Notes: generated by a model not told the origin, from the letters alone. A stretch of DNA of 37,805 bases from a virus (IMGVR_UViG_3300033067_000568:1-37805), one strand, 5' to 3'; shown: positions 18,455 to 28,267, counted from the first letter of the stretch. Numbers and translations are program-made.

Positions 18455-20154
18455 TTACTCACCAATCTTTTCAAAGCGCTATCTTCTTCGAGTTTCGCGC
18501 CTGCCAGTTTCTGAGCAGCGCCGGCAACTCTCTCGACATTATCCATGGTCTGTGCTTGTTGCACAGCCTGTTGTTCGGCTTGATTCATAGCCTCGACTTC
18601 TTCATCAGTTCTTATGATCGTAGGGTCAACGCTCAGTCTGTCGCCGTAAACGTCGATGAACTGGTCAACATTAAACTTCTTCGGGACCGCGCCGGTCAAC
18701 TTCGCAATATTTGCGGCGGTCGTTGCAAACCTCTCCAAATTCGCAACACCAGACAGCTTCTGAGCCTGGGCCATGACCGAGACATATTCAACCTTCAAAT
18801 CCATTCCCTGCAATTCTTGAGGTGGTTCTGGGATCTCGCCTTGTCTTAACATAAAATCGAACATATTATCGATCAGTGGGTCTAACAGATCCTGATTCGT
18901 TTGTTCCAACACCGGCCCTAACGCCAGCAATTTTTCCTCATGCCGTTCTTCGATCTCGCGTGCGGTTATCTCGCGCCGGTCAGACTGTGCCAGCATTAAA
19001 AACAGATCCTCGTAAAACGCCTTCTGAATACGCAACCTAATCTGTTGCTGTTTCATTTCCAAGTGGTTGATATCCAGATTTACCTCATGCGCCGGACGAA
19101 AACCTTTCAATCCTTCGCGTTCATCCAGATACGTCATATCGCCAGGCAATATCGACGCCTTTTGATTCTTGAGCGATACTGGTCCAACCATTGCAGGATC
19201 AACGCCTTTATCTATCGCCTTGGCTGATTTCTTCTCACCATGCTGTAATTGCTTGATGTCACCTATCGCATCGAACCCAGGGCATGACGTTCCGTAAACG
19301 TCGCTTCCTGTAACTTGCCAACGCGGGAAAAGACCTGGGAAATAATTATATCCCGATTCACGCAAATATACATCTTCGTCAGCCTTTACCAAATAATTCG
19401 CATCCTGCATATTCGAACTTCCCAACTCGAAATAACATGACACATATTTGAAACTCGCAAATTTCTTATCATCATAATCCGTATTCGCATGGACCATGTG
19501 AGCGACATCAACCCAAGTCTCATACTCTCCACGTTCCCACAGTTGTTTAACGTATGTGCTGATGTTGTCCCACTTCGGTTCGCCATTTACCATACCGAAC
19601 TTCATAACGATTTGCCGGACAGTCATCGGGAATTCACGCATCAGAACACGCACGCGCAACTGGTCGTCGTTGGCGATCCAATACGAACCGATGGGCAACG
19701 AATAGAAATGCGCGACTCTATCAAAATCCTCCTCCATGATAATCCCTGCCGTGGCAAATACACCCATGTCACCATAAGTCAACGGCAAAACATTATACAA
19801 ATTCGTTCTGAGAAACTTTGCTGCCATGCGGTCATTGACCACATTCAGCCATCGTTTAACAGCACCGAACTCTGCCATATCGGGATCATCGGTCGTTAAT
19901 TTCTTCCAATCGCGCGACGGCGAAGTTATCCCAGACATCATTCCAGCCTGGAGCGTTCTTACCGCCAGCGTTCCGGTCGAGTCAATAATACGTTGGTTAC
20001 GGCGCCCCCCCTTATTCGTATCCGATGTAAAAAACCGCGCACGCCTGGCCAATATCCAGTTATTGGACTCTGCCCAATCAGCTTCGAACGTTAATCGTTC
20101 ATTCTTCAGCTGTGCTGAAAGACGGCTATATCGGACACGTTTTGTTTCTACCAT
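18451..20154 (-). CDS. Portal protein (T7-like head-tail connector)
   Basis: IIDSTG, GMMSGITSPSR.W, YG.SCPG, ITAREIEERHEEKL..LGPVLE and VEYVS.MAQAQK motifs. Confidence 0.95.
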   Translation of the reverse strand: MVETKRVRYSRLSAQLKNERLTFEADWAESNNWILARRARFFTSDTNKGGRRNQRIIDSTGTLAVRTLQAGMMSGITSPSRDWKKLTTDDPDMAEFGAVKRWLNVVNDRMAAKFLRTNLYNVLPLTYGDMGVFATAGIIMEEDFDRVAHFYSLPIGSYWIANDDQLRVRVLMREFPMTVRQIVMKFGMVNGEPKWDNISTYVKQLWERGEYETWVDVAHMVHANTDYDDKKFASFKYVSCYFELGSSNMQDANYLVKADEDVYLRESGYNYFPGLFPRWQVTGSDVYGTSCPGFDAIGDIKQLQHGEKKSAKAIDKGVDPAMVGPVSLKNQKASILPGDMTYLDEREGLKGFRPAHEVNLDINHLEMKQQQIRLRIQKAFYEDLFLMLAQSDRREITAREIEERHEEKLLALGPVLEQTNQDLLDPLIDNMFDFMLRQGEIPEPPQELQGMDLKVEYVSVMAQAQKLSGVANLERFATTAANIAKLTGAVPKKFNVDQFIDVYGDRLSVDPTIIRTDEEVEAMNQAEQQAVQQAQTMDNVERVAGAAQKLAGAKLEEDSALKRLVSK

Positions 20155-20474
20155 TACGCACCCAAAATTGTTTTGCCAGTTGAACCAATGTCACCAACAA
20201 CGCCGAGTGGCCCGGTTAATAACGTGCTATTTCTGCCCTGAGCCGCTAACGCCGCATTACGTTGTTTCTTACGCGCAGCATCCCTGTCAGCGATCGATGT
20301 GTCCGTTGCCGATTTCGCCTTAGCCTCATCGAGCAATTTCTGTTGCGCGATTGCCTGATCGTTAGCCGCGTTCTCGGCCTTCTTTCCAGCCTTCTTGCTC
20401 TGGACTGCCCCGTAAATACTTGTTCCTGCCGAAACCGCCGCAGATGCCGCTATGATGGACGCTGTTATCGCCAT
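20154..20474 (-). CDS. Small Ala-rich virion-associated protein
   Basis: Ala-rich, ends GR.STLLTG...KTILG; typical of genes upstream of the portal in podoviruses. Confidence 0.7.
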   Translation of the reverse strand: MAITASIIAASAAVSAGTSIYGAVQSKKAGKKAENAANDQAIAQQKLLDEAKAKSATDTSIADRDAARKKQRNAALAAQGRNSTLLTGPLGVVGDIGSTGKTILGA

Positions 20475-20475
20475 A

Positions 20476-20928
20476 TCACTTGTCCAATCGCTTGCCTAAG
20501 ATGAGATCAATATTCGAATACCCTAACCGCCTAAACAGATCGATCGTATGCGGAGTGTTCGTTTTTATATGATGGAACACCACTTGAACCCCCTCAGCCG
20601 CCAACTGCTTCTCGGTCCATAGTATAAACTTGACACCGAACCCGCGCTTCTCAGGATCGATGAAAATAATGTCCTGCACAGCCTGTGGAGGACTTGAAAC
20701 GTAATGCGGATTTTTTCTGACGAAGAATACTGCATAACCAACAAGTTTGTTTTCATCATCACGCGCTGTGTATGCTCGAAGAACGCCCATCTCATCCATC
20801 TGTAAATAGGCGTCCCAGTCAGGAGCAAGCGGAATGTCCTTGTAGAAACTTACTTCAGCCCAATGTTTTTCAAGCAACGGTTTAATTTCTTCAAAAATAT
20901 CTTTGGCGCGTTCGAGGGCGAAAATCAT
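20476..20928 (-). CDS. GNAT-family acetyltransferase-like protein
   Basis: LVGY.VF, DIIFIDPEKRG.G and LFRRLGY motifs. Confidence 0.8.
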   Translation of the reverse strand: MIFALERAKDIFEEIKPLLEKHWAEVSFYKDIPLAPDWDAYLQMDEMGVLRAYTARDDENKLVGYAVFFVRKNPHYVSSPPQAVQDIIFIDPEKRGFGVKFILWTEKQLAAEGVQVVFHHIKTNTPHTIDLFRRLGYSNIDLILGKRLDK

Positions 20929-21580
20929 TAATACCTCCTCTGTTTGTTGCTGTTTTGAGTTTTCCTATCTGCCCAACGACAATTCGATTTTTCGTAATTG
21001 CCATTGTTGTTGATGCGGTCGATTGACAAGCCATCTGGCTTAATGCCCATGTCGAAATAAAAATTATCAAAATTCATCCATCGTTCGCAGACTTTAATCC
21101 CTCTACCGCCGTAGTTTTTATAAGATGGATGAGTTCGATTCAAACATCGGGCAATCATATTGCCCAAGTTTCGTATTCTTTTGAGTTTGACATCCCATGA
21201 GTTTTAAATCTTTCTTCAGCCAATTCTTTACACAAACATCCGCATGATCTTGTAGCTCCACGAGCCAAGGATGCTTGAGAGATTATTTTTAATTGTCCAC
21301 AGTCACAGCGACAGAGCCATTTAGAATTTCTGCCTTTATCAACGGATACAAAATTAAGAACAGTCAATCTGCCAAATTTTTCCCCTGAAATATCGGCACG
21401 TCCACCCTTTAAACATCCACATGACTTTGCTTGGCCGTAAGCTAGATTATTATAAGTGGTAATTTTTGATTTTCCGCAATCGCAACGACACAACCAATAC
21501 CTTTTGCGATTTTTATGGTGGGCAAATTTGATAACGGTAAGATGGCCAAATTTATGGCCTGACAGGTCAATTGCCTTCAT
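20928..21580 (-). pseudogene. Frameshifted HNH homing endonuclease (split into ORFs 21155-21580 and 20928-21167)
   Basis: Two DLSG.KFG.LTV...WLCRCDCG...SCGC repeats, then THGMS..KEYETW. The continuation (G)NMIARC...YGGRGIKVC.RW..F..F..DMG...SIDRINNNGNYE..NCRWA is in another frame. TGGGCAAT lacks one G relative to TGG-GGC-AAT. Confidence 0.85.
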
Positions 21581-21625
21581 CGTTAGTATTCTTAAACGCT
21601 TTTATTGAATGTGTCAAAACAATTA

Positions 21626-23101
21626 TTAAATATTTTTCTCATCGTATGGGTTATAGTCATGTAACAATTTACCCTTATCCTTGTTGAACGGCAGTTCCGT
21701 CGTCGATGATGGCTGTTCTATCTCGGCGAACGTAAGCGCGAGCGCGTCGGCCAAATCCGGCGAAAATCCAAGACGTTCTTTTATCTGGTCTTTCGGTTCA
21801 AGTAGAAATTTCCCATTCTGATATGTGTATGTCGGCGCCGTCATCTCACGTTTCAATTCCGGTATCTTTGGGAGTTTACCGCCGTTCCTAACCCACTTCG
21901 CCATTTCCATCCAGCACTGCGAACGCATATTGTAATACCGCGGGTCCGTCGTTTTCGTGGACGCAAAGTTCACGCCCAATGACGAACTGTGTCCAGCAGC
22001 ACGCATGATGTCGATCGCGCCGTGTGCCCATCCGACAGTATCGTCGAAGAACTCGCGTTCAACATTTCCCCAAGTCATCTTTGCCGCCATAACTCGATTA
22101 GCAATATCGACGGACGGCTTATCTGTTGCCGGATTGTGACGCATGATCGCCGGTATGAACGAACACAAGCCTTGGCGTGGGAATATGACAGTCCTATCAT
22201 CTCCGAAACGAGCAACGTCGATGCCAAGGCGTTTCTGCGCCCAATCATAAACATCTGGGCGCATGACGCGGTTCATTGCGGATTCTATTTCCTCAAGACC
22301 TAACAGTTGATTAATAGATGCTGGCGGGAACAGACCTAAAATATAAGACATAACCCACGGGTTATCGCGTCCCCATTTCTTGATCTGGTCACGCGCCCAT
22401 TCGATGTCGATGCGAGGCGAGCGCTCAGGGTCATCAGGATCTCCGGTGATGGTCACAACATACCACGAATCCGCCTGGTCAACACACGCCACATACAAAA
22501 CTCCGTCAAGCGATGTCGGATTACCCGCAACGAGAATCCGTCCAAACTCAACGTCAGTTGATAAACCTTGTTCCGCTGAGCGCAGTATTGACGGAGGGAT
22601 GTCACCGCCTTCATCAATGAGATATAAAATATATCTGGAGTGCAAACCTGAGAGGGTTCGGCCAATGGTTTCTTTATCGGCAGACTTGGGATATGTCCTG
22701 GCCGACAACCACCATGACGTGGGGTGATCCTTGGCGAATATGCGTTCCTTGGTCCAGATGAACGCTTCGGAGAGGAATTTTGACCGCTGTTGCCACCGTG
22801 AAAACTCAGGCCAAAGATTATCCTTGAGGTTATCCGCCGTGACTGATACGCACGCGCCGACCGGATGATGCCCGCGCTCTGCATAACACGCGAGGAAATT
22901 CCAACCACACCATGCCAAGGCCGCGGTCTTACCTGGACCGGCGCATGCGCGCATCGCTATTCTTAGTTTTTTCTTATCGTTTGACGCGAAAGCCCTGAGA
23001 ACTTTGGATTGCCAAATATCGGGCTCAACATCAAAATTATCACGAACAAACAAAACAGGATCCGATCTCCATTGTCTTATTCGTTCGGCGGCTGGTGTCA
23101 T
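21626..23101 (-). CDS. terL: Terminase large subunit
   Basis: Walker A-like ACAGPGKT, Walker B YLIDEG, GNPT, nuclease GIDVARFGDD and SPDLADALALTFA. Start reassigned to the ATG at 23101 (ATGA overlap with the upstream stop). Confidence 0.93.
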   Translation of the reverse strand: MTPAAERIRQWRSDPVLFVRDNFDVEPDIWQSKVLRAFASNDKKKLRIAMRACAGPGKTAALAWCGWNFLACYAERGHHPVGACVSVTADNLKDNLWPEFSRWQQRSKFLSEAFIWTKERIFAKDHPTSWWLSARTYPKSADKETIGRTLSGLHSRYILYLIDEGGDIPPSILRSAEQGLSTDVEFGRILVAGNPTSLDGVLYVACVDQADSWYVVTITGDPDDPERSPRIDIEWARDQIKKWGRDNPWVMSYILGLFPPASINQLLGLEEIESAMNRVMRPDVYDWAQKRLGIDVARFGDDRTVIFPRQGLCSFIPAIMRHNPATDKPSVDIANRVMAAKMTWGNVEREFFDDTVGWAHGAIDIMRAAGHSSSLGVNFASTKTTDPRYYNMRSQCWMEMAKWVRNGGKLPKIPELKREMTAPTYTYQNGKFLLEPKDQIKERLGFSPDLADALALTFAEIEQPSSTTELPFNKDKGKLLHDYNPYDEKNI

Positions 23102-23796
23102 TTCAGCGTATCTTTGGTTTTCCCGAATACGAACATATTCCCGTAGCCGATGTGTCCGTAGTGAGTACAAGCGACTTTTCGGGTCGCCCAGATACTTGCG
23201 CCCATCTTGCGTGCGCGCCTTGAGAAATTCCAATCCTCTGGCACATTAACCGCAATGAAATTCCCAACGGCATCGCGCGAGATCATGTCCTCAAACTCGA
23301 ACCAGATATCGTTCACCCAGTCCTTGCGGATATCGATAAGCATTAATCCGGTATTGACAAGCAAATCCTTGTGAGTGAACGTCTCCGGATGATCGTTGTA
23401 AACCTCGTTCATCGTCAGCCGGCGCGGGCGCCAGTTTTTATCTGAGCCCTCGCATGGTTCATCTATCGCGGTTGAAGTAACACCAGATGATGTTTTGATC
23501 GGAATGACAGCGGATAAAACATCCGCTTCGACGCGTTCCATCTCATCGGATAATACATCAAGCCATCCAATGCCATGTGGCACAACGTCCGAATGAAGCA
23601 TGCAGAAATGCGTGGCGCCGTCCTTGCGCGCGTTCAATGCCGCGCAGAAAAGTTCATTGAAGTTCCTTGTGAGGCATGAATATGAATGAGTTCTAAAACC
23701 TTGAAGAATTCCTTTTGGTGAACATTGCAGAATCGCAGCTATCAAATCGGGGTTAACCTTGAGATCGCTGGTCGGTACTCCGAGAAATACTTTCAT
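23098..23796 (-). CDS. GT-A fold (GT2-like) glycosyltransferase
   Basis: KVFLGVP, RN, HFCMLHSDV (DxD equivalent), TGLMLI and EDWNFSRRARKMG.SIW....C.HYG motifs. GGAGG SD before the ATG at 23796. Confidence 0.8.
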   Translation of the reverse strand: MKVFLGVPTSDLKVNPDLIAAILQCSPKGILQGFRTHSYSCLTRNFNELFCAALNARKDGATHFCMLHSDVVPHGIGWLDVLSDEMERVEADVLSAVIPIKTSSGVTSTAIDEPCEGSDKNWRPRRLTMNEVYNDHPETFTHKDLLVNTGLMLIDIRKDWVNDIWFEFEDMISRDAVGNFIAVNVPEDWNFSRRARKMGASIWATRKVACTHYGHIGYGNMFVFGKTKDTLK

Positions 23797-24319
23797 CTTT
23801 TTTGCTACCTCCCACGAGGTCCTCAAGTGTTAGTTTGCCGGAAACCTCGTGCTTTTGTATGAACCGCCCAAGATCCTTTCCGAGCAGTTCAATAGATTTG
23901 AGTTTGTCGTAAAATTTAACCTTTTTCAAATAGCCTGTGTGTACTTTTTTACTGTCTTCGTAATCAAACTCCTCAGTCACATCCAATCCCGCGATCGCAC
24001 GGGCGACATCCGCCGGCCATTTATCCGGCGGCAATAACGCATGGTTATCGTCAAATATCTTTCGCACGTCAACAAACGCCAATGACTTCAGCTCACCCAA
24101 CAGCCGTTGTACAATCCACTCGTTCCTGGCATCAAGCGCCGCTTGGTAACGCTTCGTTCGTTCAACATCATCGTAGATCCATCGCAATATCAGAACATAG
24201 CTGCAATTCCACAGTTCGCACAGGTCAATTAAACTGCCGCCATTCGCAATGTTATCAAAAATCGTATCAATTGTCTTGGGATCGTTTATCTTTTCTGTGG
24301 TGTTATCGAATATGTTCAT
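23753..24319 (-). CDS. terS: Terminase small subunit
   Basis: IANG.SL..LC......ILRWI.....RY..A HTH, LAF.DVRKIFD and KVKFYDKLKSIELLGK.LG.F motifs; upstream of TerL. Confidence 0.85.
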   Translation of the reverse strand: MNIFDNTTEKINDPKTIDTIFDNIANGGSLIDLCELWNCSYVLILRWIYDDVERTKRYQAALDARNEWIVQRLLGELKSLAFVDVRKIFDDNHALLPPDKWPADVARAIAGLDVTEEFDYEDSKKVHTGYLKKVKFYDKLKSIELLGKDLGRFIQKHEVSGKLTLEDLVGGSKKDESISRSTDQRSQG

Positions 24320-24325
24320 GGATTA

Positions 24326-24354
24326 ATACTACCAAATAATATATTAAAAATCAA
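24326..24354 (-). promoter_or_regulatory. Putative promoter of the packaging/structural operon (likely leaderless terS mRNA)
   Basis: TTGATT-N17-TAGTAT with TGn extension, ATG 6 nt downstream, no SD. Confidence 0.55.
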
Positions 24355-24656
24355 GAAATTCTCCGAACAAATAAACCTTGAGGTGTGCTTTGGCGGGAAA
24401 ACTTCTTATTGTTCAGCCGGCCATAAGCATCCAAGGCGCGGCACATTTTTACGCGTTTTTCAAGTGTGTCTGGCCAGGGATACGTCTTATCCTCACCAAC
24501 ACCCTGCAAATGGAAATTGTATTTTTGGTTTAATTTGTTTGGATTGTCCCAATTTTTAGTGTTGCAACGCGGACAATTCGGGGATCGTTGCGGGAATCTT
24601 GGATACCAGCAATGACCACATTTTTGACATTGATTTTGTTGCATAAAAACCCCCAT
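24351..24656 (-). CDS. Small Zn-ribbon protein, possible DNA-binding regulator
   Basis: CQKCGHCW.PR.....CPRCNTKNW followed by a basic beta/alpha domain. Confidence 0.6.
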   Translation of the reverse strand: MGVFMQQNQCQKCGHCWYPRFPQRSPNCPRCNTKNWDNPNKLNQKYNFHLQGVGEDKTYPWPDTLEKRVKMCRALDAYGRLNNKKFSRQSTPQGLFVRRIS

Positions 24657-24664
24657 TTTTAGAA

Positions 24665-24890
24665 TGTTCCTGATGTTCCGTGTTCCTGACCACTTCTATA
24701 AAGTCTCTATAATTACCTATAATGTATACATACCTATATATTAACATTTACTTATTAATTTATAATTTAGTTAGGAACATTAGGAACATAAGGAACTAAG
24801 TACAAAAAGACGTTCCTAACTAAAATTTTGTTCCGTATCTGAAAAAGGAACATTTTCGGGCTTTCTCCAAAACCAAAGAGTTTGTGTTCC
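24665..24890. repeat. Candidate replication origin: TGTTCC/GGAACA iterons flanking an AT-rich core
   Basis: TGTTCC at 24665, 24674, 24681, 24829 and 24885; GGAAC(A) at 24774, 24783, 24792 and 24847; very AT-rich 24697-24772; at the 3' end of the primase-helicase gene. Confidence 0.7.
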
Positions 24891-26942
24891 TGACCTCTTT
24901 TTGAAGCGCGTCCAACCCAACCCTACTAACACATTGCCAATCCTTATTTCGTCCGTTTTTTTTACATTACCAATAGGTATGCCAAGAAAATCTGTTGCGA
25001 TTTTAATGATCTGTATTTCATCTTCGTTGGGCGGTAATTGATCTAGTTTTTCAACGATTTTATCGAACCAGACATCTTGTTGCCGGTAAAAATCTTGAAC
25101 GCTGTTTGTTTCTTCGGTTGGCATAATGTGCCAGTTTTCGCCTGCCTTGAAACGCGCGACAGCCTCAGCGAATAATTGATCGCGGTCTGCCTCGATCGCC
25201 TTATGGTTGATCTCACCGGTTTCAATAGGCCAAAAACGCGTACCGCCCGTATGATCGCGCAAAAATTGTTCTTCGTTCGTTGTTCCAACCAGAACCGATT
25301 GGCGCAAGTGATCCCTTGGATTGCGCTCATAAGGGGCACGGAAGCGGTCCTTGCGGCAACTGATAATTTGTTTGATACGGTTGACCTCAGCGCGGTCCAT
25401 ACCTGCCAAGTCACCGAATTCGATAAGAAGGTTGCCATGAAGCGACTGAAGGAAATTATTCGACTGAATGTTCTCAAGCGCCTCAGAGTACCACTTACCA
25501 CCTATTATAGAGAACGCGGTCGACTTTCCGGTCAGTTGCTTGGATTTCAGAATGACCATGGACCGCATAATGCACCCTGGTTGATAAATGCGCGCAGCCA
25601 TGGAGACCCAGAAGTTTTTGGATGCTGCACGGGCATATTCCGATGGTTTTGCCCCCAAATGCGTGGTCATAAAGTCAGCGATCCTTGGCGTTCCATCCCA
25701 CTCAAGCGACTCCATCCAGTCCTTGGGTTCGTTGCGATGCTCGCGGTCAGCGATAATACGCACGGCACGCCACACCTGGGCATCGGAAACACGCGACATC
25801 CCGTATTTTTCCTGAAGAACATACATCATCTTGAGAGTATCGATCTCCGTCCAATAACGCGACTGGGTTCCGTCTTGGGTGAATATCTGGTCATGAAAAT
25901 CATCGATCCAACAGCGTTTCGATAAATGCGGCTCACGCTCGAATATGCGGACAATATTCTGTTCGTTGCAGATAATATTCCCTTGGCCAGTCAGGGCCAG
26001 CCCTAATCGCTCCCACAGAACGATGTTCGACTCCGTTGGCTCAGACGGCGGTTCATCGACCTGCACCGTGATGTTATTCGTAACGTTTAATTGGAATATT
26101 GTGACGTTCGCGCGTGCCCAGTCGATCACCTGCTCACGCGTCCAGCCATCGTTTAAGGCGTCCCAAGCGTCCCACGCCTTCGGACGTGTTGGATCCGGAG
26201 TGATGATTTTTACCTCCGGGCAGTGTGAGGCGAGTATTTGAGCGATGCCTTTGGCGGCGGATACGCCAGGTTCGTCCGCGTCCGGCCATATCAACACGCG
26301 TTTCCCGTACACCGGCGCCCAGTCAGCCTTGCGGAACGCCTTGGAACCGCCACTCCAACTCACGACCGAATAGCTGTCACCGAGTAACTGACGCGCCGCG
26401 TCCGCGGCCTTCTCGCCCTCAACGATCAACACCGCCGGCTTGGACAGCGTTTCCAGTCCATACAACGGGCGAGGTTCGGGATATGCCTTGGCTTGCCAGC
26501 GGTTGCCCACCCAAGTCCACGGCATGAACTCCTTGCCATCCTTGGTATTGTAGCGCGCAGTATAATGTAAAACTGTACCGTTACCGTCACGATACGCCCA
26601 AGTTTGCGCGGGTGCGCCGTATACGGGATGGCGCATAGATGGAACAGTCATCGCTGGGGTGGATCCGAAATTGTATTGCTGGCTCAACTGCTCAGCGGCC
26701 TCGGATTGCTTGAGATTGTGGATCGCGGCATACAGGCTGATAACATCACCTCCAGACTGGCCTTGGCTGAAATCCGACCACAGGCCGGTGTCCAGATTAA
26801 TTTTGAATGATTTACCATGGCTGCCATGGATGTCACCGGCCACATACTCCGAGCCCTGTATTTTACCGCCAGGCACAAGCGTCGGGATAATATCTCGTAT
26901 CCGTGTTAATAAATATGCGGCAAGTCCTTCGAAATCGGGCAT
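24816..26942 (-). CDS. Primase (TOPRIM) fused to VirE/VapE-family helicase
   Basis: G.WSDF...GGDVISL N-terminal domain; TOPRIM VEGEKAADA and WPDAD.PG; WDG.PRI, QLTGKST, R.PY and FLRD.TG..RFWP motifs. Start reassigned to the ATG at 26942. Confidence 0.9.
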   Translation of the reverse strand: MPDFEGLAAYLLTRIRDIIPTLVPGGKIQGSEYVAGDIHGSHGKSFKINLDTGLWSDFSQGQSGGDVISLYAAIHNLKQSEAAEQLSQQYNFGSTPAMTVPSMRHPVYGAPAQTWAYRDGNGTVLHYTARYNTKDGKEFMPWTWVGNRWQAKAYPEPRPLYGLETLSKPAVLIVEGEKAADAARQLLGDSYSVVSWSGGSKAFRKADWAPVYGKRVLIWPDADEPGVSAAKGIAQILASHCPEVKIITPDPTRPKAWDAWDALNDGWTREQVIDWARANVTIFQLNVTNNITVQVDEPPSEPTESNIVLWERLGLALTGQGNIICNEQNIVRIFEREPHLSKRCWIDDFHDQIFTQDGTQSRYWTEIDTLKMMYVLQEKYGMSRVSDAQVWRAVRIIADREHRNEPKDWMESLEWDGTPRIADFMTTHLGAKPSEYARAASKNFWVSMAARIYQPGCIMRSMVILKSKQLTGKSTAFSIIGGKWYSEALENIQSNNFLQSLHGNLLIEFGDLAGMDRAEVNRIKQIISCRKDRFRAPYERNPRDHLRQSVLVGTTNEEQFLRDHTGGTRFWPIETGEINHKAIEADRDQLFAEAVARFKAGENWHIMPTEETNSVQDFYRQQDVWFDKIVEKLDQLPPNEDEIQIIKIATDFLGIPIGNVKKTDEIRIGNVLVGLGWTRFKKRSGTQTLWFWRKPENVPFSDTEQNFS

Positions 26943-26953
26943 GGGAATGGTTC

Positions 26954-27334
26954 CTATTCTGTCGCTTGGAGATATTTCTGGAGAGCTTCTTCTGGGCTGT
27001 GAGCGATGAATCCGACACCGCCCGACCAATTAACTGCACCAATAAAATTAACCTGTTCCTGTGTTGGTTTTGTAGTGTTCTTGGATTCGACTGCACAGAA
27101 ACGACCGTCCTTCGTCCATCCGACAAGATCGCTGGAACCATCACACAACCCGAAATGCACCGGCCGCGCGTTGCGGATAACGATGTCTGTCGGATGAACC
27201 TCGATATAACGAGTCTCAGGGAACCGTTGGACCTTGCCCTGCCACGCTAATCCAGTGTTGTTCCGGAAAAGGCGGGCGCCGACCGAGGATAGTTTTACCT
27301 GTATCCGGCGCATGATGTCGGATTCGGTGGTCAT
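26954..27334 (-). CDS. VRR-NUC domain nuclease
   Basis: ESDI, LFRNNTG, GSSDLVG, AVESK and QEQ.NF...V...GG motifs. Confidence 0.88.
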   Translation of the reverse strand: MTTESDIMRRIQVKLSSVGARLFRNNTGLAWQGKVQRFPETRYIEVHPTDIVIRNARPVHFGLCDGSSDLVGWTKDGRFCAVESKNTTKPTQEQVNFIGAVNWSGGVGFIAHSPEEALQKYLQATE

Positions 27335-27546
27335 CGTGATTTACTCCACTTCTCGATCTGCCCATGGATACGGGCAAGTTGTTTTTCCAAGAGCGCGATT
27401 TGCTCACGCAGTTTCGCGTTCTCCTGTTTTAGCGCGAGGACTTGGATGACTTTTCTATGATACTTCTCGTTCATCGTCGTCGTCACAACGGCACCTCCCA
27501 TGGCAGCCACATTCCAATTGTTTCCGGCGTGATTCATGCGGTTCAA
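27331..27546 (-). CDS. Hypothetical coiled-coil protein
   Basis: Fills the gap with 4-nt overlaps at both ends; heptad pattern. Confidence 0.6.
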   Translation of the reverse strand: MNRMNHAGNNWNVAAMGGAVVTTTMNEKYHRKVIQVLALKQENAKLREQIALLEKQLARIHGQIEKWSKSR

Positions 27547-27770
27547 CGACCATACTGTTTTCGATCATGTCCATAAATAAGCCTCCTCAATTGGTATGAC
27601 TCAGGGATTTGTAGGGCTTCAAGGATCCTAAGCGTGAGATACAGGCTCGGCAAATAAGCACCCGTCTCGATCTTGGCGATGTTCGCACGCGTCGTTCCCG
27701 CGTTACGGGCAAGCTGTTCCTGTGTCCAACCCTGTTTGTTGCGGTGTTTCCTGATGGTTTCATTGAACAT
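27543..27770 (-). CDS. XRE-family HTH regulator
   Basis: IRKHR...GWTQEQLA...G.TR..IAKIETG...PS motif. Confidence 0.9.
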   Translation of the reverse strand: MFNETIRKHRNKQGWTQEQLARNAGTTRANIAKIETGAYLPSLYLTLRILEALQIPESYQLRRLIYGHDRKQYGR

Positions 27771-28267
27771 TATTTGATTCCTTTGTAAATTAATTCATGC
27801 GGTTTCCTATTCTCAAAATCTTCAAGATATTTGATAAGTTTATAAGCAAGATTTTTATCGTCTTTTAAATGTCCTATAGCCGCATTACAGTTTTGGCATA
27901 AAAGCCCACGAACAAATTTTGATTTATGGCAGTGATCTACAAACAATCTTTTGTTATTAAAATTTTTTCCACCACATATAGCGCAAAGATTGTCTTGTTT
28001 TGTAGCCATTTCTTCATACTGCGCTATCGTCATGCCAAAATAACGCTTTAGACCAGTCCTTCTGTTGTTTTGCTTTACCCACTCGGGACGCTCATCTGCA
28101 TAATTTTTAGAATACATGTTATCGCATTGACGACACGATGAACGAAGATGTCTCCCGCGATTTCTTGTTCTGAATTCATCTATCGTCTTTTTTGATTTAC
28201 ATTGAGTGCATGTCTTTCCATTCAAAAGATAAAATTCATAATTAAATAATTTGTTTAATTCTTTCAT
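27770..28267 (-). CDS. Endonuclease VII-family protein
   Basis: Q...CAIC......LFVDHCH....VRGLLC..CN.AIG...D motif; AT-rich. Confidence 0.9.
   Translation of the reverse strand: MKELNKLFNYEFYLLNGKTCTQCKSKKTIDEFRTRNRGRHLRSSCRQCDNMYSKNYADERPEWVKQNNRRTGLKRYFGMTIAQYEEMATKQDNLCAICGGKNFNNKRLFVDHCHKSKFVRGLLCQNCNAAIGHLKDDKNLAYKLIKYLEDFENRKPHELIYKGIK

Noticed and set aside
20928-21625. Group I intron with HNH interrupting terL or the GNAT gene
   Set aside because: TerL retains its C-terminal nuclease motifs and a stop, the GNAT gene looks complete, and there is no room for an intron core.
24665-24890. CRISPR array
   Set aside because: The repeats are 6-mers in both orientations without unique ~30-nt spacers.
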